Below are positions 16,127 to 22,705 of a stretch of DNA of 24,000 nt, piece by piece. The position numbers and the translations under genes are program-made. Source of the DNA: Rhizobium phage RHEph16; sequence record MW980066.1. One strand, 5' to 3'. The notes under the pieces are model-generated. The model worked only from the letters and a program-made list of their open reading frames with translations. It did not search any database and was not told where the DNA came from. Numbering within the stretch: position 1 is the stretch's first letter; every line of letters begins with the position of its first letter.

Positions 16127-17116
16127 ATGAAAATTAACAATGTACGGAAGATCTCCGTACCTATTGCTGTATGGTTGGTCTCTGATGACTATGATTACAT
16201 CAATGACCCCAAATACATCTCTGCAACAACTCTCCTGAAACCCATCAAGCAAATCATCCTTGGAAACCGTTTCAAGGTCCTTGGTGGTCAAATGGAGGCT
16301 GATGTAGAGGAATTCATCTCCTCTCGTATGGGCAGTGCTGTTCACGATGGCATTGAGAAAGCATGGACGACTAACAAGGATAAAGCCCTTGCACGTCTAG
16401 GCTACCCTGAGAAGATCAGGGAACGTGTTGTCGTCAATCCAACCGATGAATACCTCAAAGAACATCCCAACGCTGTCCCAGTATATTTGGAACAACGATT
16501 CTTCAAGGAACTGGCGGGATGGAGGATTGGTGGTAAAGTCGATATCATCTTAGAGGGTGGATATCACGACACCAAGACCACCTCCGTATATTCCTATATC
16601 CTTGGTTCCAAGGATGAGTATTATATTGGTCAGGGGTCTATTTATCGCTGGCTTGCACCAGAAAAGATTACCCAAGACCATATCCATGTAGAGTTTATCT
16701 TTACGGACTGGTCGAAGGCTGAGGCAAGACGTAAACCTAACGATTACCCTCAGAGCCGGTATCATCAATATACGCTTTCTCTGATGTCTTATGAGGATAC
16801 CGAGAAGTGGTTAACCCAAAAGCTTAATACCCTGACAAGGTTGTGGAATGCTCCAGAAGAGCAGATCCCTCCTTGTACAGATGAGGAGCTTTGGAGAGGC
16901 AAGACAGTCTGGAAATATTATTCAGATACTGCCAAAGCGAATGATCCAACAGCACGATCTTCAAAAAACTTTGATGACCCTGTGCAAGCTAACATCTACT
17001 GGCAACAGGAGAAGGGCGGCAAAGGGACTGTGAAAACAGTACCAGGAGAAGTCAAAGCATGTGGTTACTGTGCCGCATATGAAATCTGTCAACAGAGATT
17101 GGCTTACGATGTATGA
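16127..17116 (+). CDS. PD-(D/E)XK superfamily nuclease (RecB/Cas4-like) with C-terminal Cys cluster
   Basis: SRMGSAVHDGIEKAW, WRIGGKVDIILEGGYHDTKTTS (D-x(n)-DxK), YIGQGSIYRW; C-terminal IPPC...KACGYCAAYEIC (C-x2-C-x5-C). ATG 16127 (MKINNVRK) preferred over TTG 16070. Confidence 0.7.
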   Translation: MKINNVRKISVPIAVWLVSDDYDYINDPKYISATTLLKPIKQIILGNRFKVLGGQMEADVEEFISSRMGSAVHDGIEKAWTTNKDKALARLGYPEKIRERVVVNPTDEYLKEHPNAVPVYLEQRFFKELAGWRIGGKVDIILEGGYHDTKTTSVYSYILGSKDEYYIGQGSIYRWLAPEKITQDHIHVEFIFTDWSKAEARRKPNDYPQSRYHQYTLSLMSYEDTEKWLTQKLNTLTRLWNAPEEQIPPCTDEELWRGKTVWKYYSDTAKANDPTARSSKNFDDPVQANIYWQQEKGGKGTVKTVPGEVKACGYCAAYEICQQRLAYDV

Positions 17117-19253
17117 TCTAACAGGTGTCAACCACCATCCTGTGATCGCTGAGATTATGGGTGTTCTGGGCAACAAGCTACAGAACAAAGACGAGTCTTT
17201 TTTTAGGGTTGAAATTGCTTATTTCATCTCAAAAATAGCCTCCACAATGAGAGCCAAGATCCTCACGAAAGATCGTGGGGAGATCCCTGTCAATACCTAT
17301 GTGCTTGCCTTGGCAAACTCTGGTTTTGGTAAGGGGCATTCCGTCAACATTATTGAGGACGAGCTTCTCAAGGGATTCCGTAATCGCTTTATGGAAGACA
17401 CATTCAAGATCATTTCAGAGGGTAACCTCTGGGAGATTGCGAACCAACGTGCTCTGAGGAATTCATCCGATCAGGCAGAAGAATACGAACGTGTAGAAAA
17501 GGAATTTAAGAACGCTGGAGCGCTTCCTTTCACGTTTGATAGTGGTACACCCCCAGCAGTCAAACAACTGCGTCACAAGCTCCTTATGAGCAATTGTGGG
17601 TCTATCAATCTCCAGATTGATGAGATCGGTTCCAACCTCATTGCTAACGCTGAGGTTCTCACGCTTTTCCTTGAGCTTTACGACCAAGGTAAGGTCAAAC
17701 AAAAGCTGACCAAGAACACAGCAGAGAACCAACGAGGTGAGGAGCTGGATGGGAAGACACCTACTAATATGCTTCTGTTCGGTACTCCTACTAAGCTACT
17801 GGATGGAGGACAGACGGAAGACCAGTTCTACAGCTTTCTGGAGACTGGATATGCCCGTCGTTGCCTTTTCGGTTATGGTAAGAGCCAACCTACTAGTGAC
17901 ACCCTGTCACCTGAGGAAGTCTATGCTCGCCTTGTCCAGACACAAAATGACAGCACCATAATCAAGTGGTCTCGTCATTTTGAGAATCTGGCAGATCCTG
18001 CCATGTTCGATTGGAAAATGAGTGTCGAGGATGACACTGGTATCGAGCTTATCAAATATAAGATCGATTGTGAAACCCGAGCCAAGGGAATGAAGGAGCA
18101 TGAAGAAGTCAAAAAGGCAGAGGTCTCACACCGATACTTCAAAGCCCTCAAGCTTGCTGGTGCTTTCGCCTTTCTGGATCAAAGCACAGAAGTCACGATT
18201 GCTCACCTTAAATCAGCAATCCTCCTCACAGAACAATCAGGAGAGTCCTTCCAGGAAATCCTGAACCGTGAAAAGGCATATGCCAAGCTGGCAAAGTACA
18301 TTGCTGAGATTGGATCCGAAGTAACCCATGCTGATTTGAACGAGAATCTCCCGTTCTACAAGCAAGGGTCGGCAGCTCGTAATGAATTGATGACAATGGC
18401 AATTGCTTGGGGTTACAAGCAACACATTATCATCAAGAAGAGGTTCGTTGATGGCATTGAGTTCTTCCAAGGGGAAACCCTACAGGAAACCGATATTAAC
18501 AAAATCGGCATCTCATGGTCTGACAACTGGGCTTACAATTACAATTACGAGATCGCACCTTTCGATAAGCTCCACGAGCTTACGCAGGTACCGGGACTCC
18601 ATTGGGCGAACCATGGTTTCAAGAACAACCATCGTGCGGAAGATAACGTTATTCCAGGTTTTAATCTGGTCGTTATTGACGTGGATGGTGGGATACCCCT
18701 TGCTACTGTCCATGATCTTCTGAAAGAGTATAAGTTTATGACTTATACCACCAAGAGACATACGGAAGAGGAAAACCGTTTCCGTCTCTTACTCCCTACT
18801 AACTATTGCCTGTCACTAGACAGCGATGAGTATAAGGAGTTTATGAATGGGATCATGAATTGGCTTCCGTTTGCAGTCGATGAGTCTGCTAATCAAAGAG
18901 CCAAGAAGTGGGAGAGTTATGATGGTGAATACTATTATAACCTTGATGGGGATCTGCTAGACGTTCTTCCGTTCATTCCAAAGACCGCTCGTAATGAGCA
19001 GATGCGTGCTGAAAGCAAGGCAATCGAATCTTTGGATAACCTTGAGCGTTGGTTTGCTCCTCGGATCGCCCACGGCAACCGTAATAACCAGATGATCAAA
19101 TTCGCATTTGCTCTGGTGGATAGTGGGATGGATCTTTTCGCCGTTCGGGAGAAAGTGCTGGATTTCAACAGAAAGCTCAGCAATGCCCTTCCTGAGGACG
19201 AAATTGAGAGTACTATCCTCACGTCAGTAGCAAAGAGGTTTCAAGGGAAATGA
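17109..19253 (+). CDS. primase: N-terminal P-loop ATPase-like region plus AEP-type primase catalytic region
   Basis: YVLALANSGFGKGHSVNIIEDEL (Walker A-like), INLQIDEIGS (Walker B-like), then NLVVIDVDGG...YTTKRHTEEENRFRLLLPTN (DxD and R/H motifs of archaeo-eukaryotic primases) and a GNRNNQMIKFAFAL...EDEIESTI PriCT-like tail. ATG 17109 preferred. Confidence 0.7.
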   Translation: MYDLTGVNHHPVIAEIMGVLGNKLQNKDESFFRVEIAYFISKIASTMRAKILTKDRGEIPVNTYVLALANSGFGKGHSVNIIEDELLKGFRNRFMEDTFKIISEGNLWEIANQRALRNSSDQAEEYERVEKEFKNAGALPFTFDSGTPPAVKQLRHKLLMSNCGSINLQIDEIGSNLIANAEVLTLFLELYDQGKVKQKLTKNTAENQRGEELDGKTPTNMLLFGTPTKLLDGGQTEDQFYSFLETGYARRCLFGYGKSQPTSDTLSPEEVYARLVQTQNDSTIIKWSRHFENLADPAMFDWKMSVEDDTGIELIKYKIDCETRAKGMKEHEEVKKAEVSHRYFKALKLAGAFAFLDQSTEVTIAHLKSAILLTEQSGESFQEILNREKAYAKLAKYIAEIGSEVTHADLNENLPFYKQGSAARNELMTMAIAWGYKQHIIIKKRFVDGIEFFQGETLQETDINKIGISWSDNWAYNYNYEIAPFDKLHELTQVPGLHWANHGFKNNHRAEDNVIPGFNLVVIDVDGGIPLATVHDLLKEYKFMTYTTKRHTEEENRFRLLLPTNYCLSLDSDEYKEFMNGIMNWLPFAVDESANQRAKKWESYDGEYYYNLDGDLLDVLPFIPKTARNEQMRAESKAIESLDNLERWFAPRIAHGNRNNQMIKFAFALVDSGMDLFAVREKVLDFNRKLSNALPEDEIESTILTSVAKRFQGK

Positions 19254-19996
19254 GTGAAGAAGACGTTCCGTCAATGGACTTTAATCCCCAACTGGTTCTG
19301 ATCAGTGGGGAATCTGGTTCCGGTAAATCAGCATCGCTGAGGAATCTCAAGAACCAAGAGGGTTGGTTGTTCATGAACTGCGAGGCAGGTAAACGCCTGC
19401 CTTTTAAGAACAACTTTGAAGTGGTGAATATCACCGATCCCTACCAGACGTATGAGGGGCTCAATTACGTAAAGGGTAGTGCCGACAAAGTTGGAGCTAT
19501 CATTGATACCAGCACTTTCCTGATGGACATGCATGAATCCGTATATGTGGTGAATAGCCCTAATACGCAGTCTGCATGGGGTACTTATGCCCAATTTTGG
19601 AAGAATCTGATGCAGCAATATGTTGCACCTCTCGGCAAGCCTGTTATCATATTGGCCCACGTCATGGATATCTATGACGAAAAGAATGCTGAGATGAAAA
19701 CTCAGATCCCTGTGAAGGGGTCTCTGAAGAACAATGGCATTGAAGCATATTTTTCTACGAACGTAATGACCAAGAAGGTCCCACTACGTGAGCTGGAAGA
19801 ATACAAGAATTCAATGCTAACCATAACCGAGGACGAAGAAATGCTTGGCTTCAAGCACTGCTTCCAAACTCGTTTAACCAAGAAGACTATCGGAACCCGT
19901 ATTCGTTCTCCAATTGGAATGTTCACCAAAGAGGAAACGTATATCGACAACGATGCTCAAGTTCTCTTGGATCACCTCAAGGAGTTCTACTCCTAA
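19250..19996 (+). CDS. RecA/Sak4-like P-loop ATPase
   Basis: LVLISGESGSGKSASLRNL (Walker A), GAIIDTSTFLMDMH (Walker B), NLMQQYVAPLGKPVIILAHVMDIYDE. Located between primase and SSB as in N4-like phages. Confidence 0.65.
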   Translation: MSEEDVPSMDFNPQLVLISGESGSGKSASLRNLKNQEGWLFMNCEAGKRLPFKNNFEVVNITDPYQTYEGLNYVKGSADKVGAIIDTSTFLMDMHESVYVVNSPNTQSAWGTYAQFWKNLMQQYVAPLGKPVIILAHVMDIYDEKNAEMKTQIPVKGSLKNNGIEAYFSTNVMTKKVPLRELEEYKNSMLTITEDEEMLGFKHCFQTRLTKKTIGTRIRSPIGMFTKEETYIDNDAQVLLDHLKEFYS

Positions 19997-20031
19997 AGGG
20001 GTAGAACATAACACGTAAGGACACATGGACT

Positions 20032-20769
20032 ATGGCAAACATTTTTGCTGGGCTTGGTAACAAAGAAGGTGTCAAGGGTGCAGAAGACCGCATTGGTGGT
20101 TTCCGCACATTTGAGACTGATATTTACGAAGCAGAAATTGCTGCAATGTACACGATCAAATCTGCTGGTGGAGCCAATGGTGTACACCTCACCCTGAAGA
20201 TCGATGGTGGCGAGTACAACGAAGATATCTGGGTCACCGACAAGAAGGGCAACAACACCTTCGAAAAGGATGGCGTTGTAAGCTTCCTCCCAGGTTGGAA
20301 CCATGCGGATCACATCGCACTGGTTGCCACTGGTGAGAAGGGTCTTGCTCAGCTTGACGTTGAAGATAAGACCTTCAAGGTCTGGGATCCAAATGCCAAG
20401 GCAGCTCTTCCCAAGTCTGTACCGACCTTCGTTGAAGTGCTCGGTAAGAAGATCTGGGTAGCTCTCGTCAAGAAGATCGAGAATGGTGCTGACAAGGTTG
20501 GTGACAAGTATGTTCCCAACAACAAGAAGCGTGAATCGAACTCCATTGATAAGGTGTTCGACTACGACACGAAGCTGACCATTGCAGAAGCTACTGCAAA
20601 TCCGCCGAAGCCTGCTGAGTTCTTTGATGCATGGCTTGCCCAGAACAAGGGTAAGACCCGTGATACCTTCAAGGAAATCCAGGGTGGTGGAACCACAGGT
20701 CGTCCTGCTGGCGCACCTCCTCAAGGTGGTGATTCGAACAAGCCTTCTCTGTTCGGAAACAAGAAGTAA
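20032..20769 (+). CDS. probable single-stranded DNA-binding protein
   Basis: 245 aa, beta-rich N-terminus, Gly/Pro-rich flexible tail ending GGDSNKPSLFGNKK; position directly after the RecA-like gene matches N4 gp45-type SSB. Assignment is largely by context. Confidence 0.5.
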   Translation: MANIFAGLGNKEGVKGAEDRIGGFRTFETDIYEAEIAAMYTIKSAGGANGVHLTLKIDGGEYNEDIWVTDKKGNNTFEKDGVVSFLPGWNHADHIALVATGEKGLAQLDVEDKTFKVWDPNAKAALPKSVPTFVEVLGKKIWVALVKKIENGADKVGDKYVPNNKKRESNSIDKVFDYDTKLTIAEATANPPKPAEFFDAWLAQNKGKTRDTFKEIQGGGTTGRPAGAPPQGGDSNKPSLFGNKK

Positions 20770-20772
20770 TAG

Positions 20773-21555
20773 ATGTATCGGATAGAAGTTCCGATATATC
20801 TTCCTCAGACAAAGAAGAAGACGTTTGCTTTAAATCTCAACATTTATCGCAATGCTCACTTCTTACTGCTGAATAAAATGAAGGTAGACTTCAAGAATAA
20901 GATCGAAGAACAACTATCTTCATTACCTAACATGAACGGGGTTAAACTGACCTATACCCTGTTCATGGGAACCAATAGAGAGGTAGATCTGTCAAACATT
21001 TGCGTCGTAGTAGACAAGTTCTTTTGCGATGCTCTCGTAGAAGCAGGTAAGCTGCCAGACGACAATGTGAACTATCTACACTCTATTGATTACCGCTTTG
21101 GGGGAGTTGATAAAAACAACCCCAGAGTTGAAATAACCCTCGAACCAACGTCTATAAAAGAGGACACAACAATGAGGATTTCCCTCGTACAGAGCGAGAT
21201 CGAACTTGCTCTCCAACGTTACATTGGTGCACAGCTCAATGTAGCTGATGGAAAGGCATTCAAGATCTCGCTCGCTGCTACTCGTGGTGAGCAGGGTTTC
21301 ACTGCTGAAATCGAAATTGTCGATGCAGTTCCTGAAGAACCTGAACCTGCCCGTCGTGGTCGTCCACGAAACAAGGTGACGGATGCGGTTGATGAAGGGA
21401 AGACCAACATCTTCCAGACGCATACCGCTGAAGCAGCAGAAGCTGAAGAACCAGTCGATCCTGATACAGCAGGAGAAGAGGCACCGACTGCCGAAGAAGC
21501 AGGTGTACCTGCCTTCCTTCAAGGCGGCAAGAAGTCGATCTTCGCTAATACGTAA
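20773..21555 (+). CDS. RusA-like Holliday-junction resolvase domain extended by a second domain with AT-hook and acidic tail
   Basis: N-terminal REVDLSNICVVVDKFFCDALVEAGKLPDDNVNYLHSIDYRFGG...NPRVEITLE resembles RusA; the in-frame continuation MRISLVQSEIELALQRYIG...ATRGEQGFTAEIEIV then PARRGRPRNK (AT-hook core RGRP). Confidence 0.6.
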   Translation: MYRIEVPIYLPQTKKKTFALNLNIYRNAHFLLLNKMKVDFKNKIEEQLSSLPNMNGVKLTYTLFMGTNREVDLSNICVVVDKFFCDALVEAGKLPDDNVNYLHSIDYRFGGVDKNNPRVEITLEPTSIKEDTTMRISLVQSEIELALQRYIGAQLNVADGKAFKISLAATRGEQGFTAEIEIVDAVPEEPEPARRGRPRNKVTDAVDEGKTNIFQTHTAEAAEAEEPVDPDTAGEEAPTAEEAGVPAFLQGGKKSIFANT

Positions 21556-21557
21556 CA

Positions 21558-21716
21558 GTGTCGGACGCTTTCTTAGCCCTAGCGATTACCATTGTAATAT
21601 TCTTCCTGATCTGGAAGCTACTAACAATGGCAGTAATCGCCTTAGCGGGGCTAGGAGGAGCAGTCTTACTGTTCTGTATAGTGTGGGTGCTCCTGAAGCT
21701 CCGTAAACACTCTTAA
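21558..21716 (+). CDS. small two-TM protein (52 aa, GTG start)
   Basis: VSDAFLALAITIVIFFLIWKLLTMAVIALAGLGGAVLLFCIVWVLLKLRKHS*; stop TAA 21714-21716. Not in track; weak ribosome-binding site. Confidence 0.4.
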   Translation: MSDAFLALAITIVIFFLIWKLLTMAVIALAGLGGAVLLFCIVWVLLKLRKHS

Positions 21717-21717
21717 G

Positions 21718-21749
21718 CCCCTCTGGTAATCCCGGAGGGGTTCTTTTTT
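21718..21749 (+). terminator. Rho-independent terminator
   Basis: CCCCTCTGG (21718-21726) TAATC CCGGAGGGG (21732-21740) followed by TTCTTTTTT. Confidence 0.8.
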
Positions 21750-21768
21750 GAACCAAGGAGAAATATTA

Positions 21769-21930
21769 GTGGAACGTGGTAAACCTGCTCTTGTAACTTT
21801 GCTGACCGCAGCTATACAAGCTTTCGAACAACTCGAAAAGAAATCAGCAGAGACAACCCTAGCATTGCGAAGTGCAGAGGTTGCTCGCTTCTGGCTCCAA
21901 GAGGACATTCGAAAGAATGAAAGTAACTGA
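21769..21930 (+). CDS. small hypothetical protein
   Basis: GTG 21769 preceded by AAGGAG; VERGKPALVTLLTAAIQAFEQLEKKSAETTLALRSAEVARFWLQEDIRKNESN. Confidence 0.5.
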   Translation: MERGKPALVTLLTAAIQAFEQLEKKSAETTLALRSAEVARFWLQEDIRKNESN

Positions 21931-22165
21931 AGCAGACAAGCAGCGCATGCGTGAAATGAAAGCCAATGGTAAATCCTACGAACAAATTCGTAGAGCCACT
22001 GGCTTTTCTATCTGTACTATCAGACGCTGGACCAACCCAGCATATCGAGAAAAAGCAAACCAGAATAACCTAGCCCGATATAAAAAGAATTGGGCAGAGG
22101 ATCCTGAATTCAGGGAACAGCGTAGAGCCTATCGTAACGAGTATCGATATAGGACTGGTTTGTAA
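21920..22165 (+). CDS. small helix-turn-helix protein
   Basis: KVTEADKQRMREMKANGKSYEQIRRATGFSICTIRRWTNPAYREK, homeodomain-like/resolvase-type HTH followed by a basic helix. Confidence 0.65.
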   Translation, partial: KVTEADKQRMREMKANGKSYEQIRRATGFSICTIRRWTNPAYREKANQNNLARYKKNWAEDPEFREQRRAYRNEYRYRTGL

Positions 22166-22443
22166 TGGGATTGCGCATTTCTAAAGAAAAAGAAGATCTC
22201 ATTCATTCATTGAGAGCCCAAGGATGGAAGCAGCAAAAGATAGCTGATCATCTTGGTGTATCCATTTCCTGTGTAAGAGATCACCTAAATCCTGGACTCA
22301 AGGCTAGACGTCAGGCTGCTAATTATAAATACGAAGCCCGAGCTAAAGCAGATCCAGAGAAAATGGAACGCATCAGAGAGCGCAGGCATGAGTACTATCT
22401 CAGAAAAAAGATCAGGAGTATTTTAGGAGATGATCACCGTTAG
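22165..22443 (+). CDS. small helix-turn-helix protein, likely paralog of the preceding gene
   Basis: SKEKEDLIHSLRAQGWKQQKIADHLGVSISCVRDHLNPGLKARRQAANYKYEARAKADPEKMERIRERRHEYY; TAATG coupling to the preceding ORF. Confidence 0.65.
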   Translation: MGLRISKEKEDLIHSLRAQGWKQQKIADHLGVSISCVRDHLNPGLKARRQAANYKYEARAKADPEKMERIRERRHEYYLRKKIRSILGDDHR

Positions 22444-22705
22444 AAGTGTTGCTTTCGCAACGGAAAACGTACCCTATGAAATAGGAGACTGGGTCCACAA
22501 AAAATCTGGATCTTATTGGGAAGGTAGGGTGGTAGGTTACTACTCCACCAAACAGACTCACGAAGGGTACTGTGTTCAGCTTATGGGATTGGAAAACGGA
22601 CCGGTTCAAATCTATCCCCGATCCGCTCTTAATCTCGGGAGACCTCAAGGAGAACAACTTCAGATCTCTTATCCACTTACCGGACCAAATTCAGCCAAGG
22701 ATTGA
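22430..22705 (+). CDS. type II (R67/DfrB-like) dihydrofolate reductase homolog, SH3-like fold
   Basis: YEIGDWVHKKSGSYWEGRVVGYYSTKQTHEGYCVQLMGLENGPVQIYPRSAL aligns with the R67 segment [51 protein letters not shown] (recalled from memory), including KKSG, W, VGxY, EGYxV and the active-site VQIYP. Confidence 0.75.
   Translation: MITVRSVAFATENVPYEIGDWVHKKSGSYWEGRVVGYYSTKQTHEGYCVQLMGLENGPVQIYPRSALNLGRPQGEQLQISYPLTGPNSAKD

Noticed and set aside
17061-17108. N-terminal extension (GTG 17061) of the primase ORF
   Set aside because: It would overlap the nuclease Cys-cluster coding sequence; ATG 17109 gives the tight overlap typical of this operon.
16127-17116. Cas4-like protein as evidence of a CRISPR system
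   Set aside because: No repeats, Cas1/Cas2 or effector nearby; context is a replication operon, so it is more likely a phage replication/recombination nuclease.
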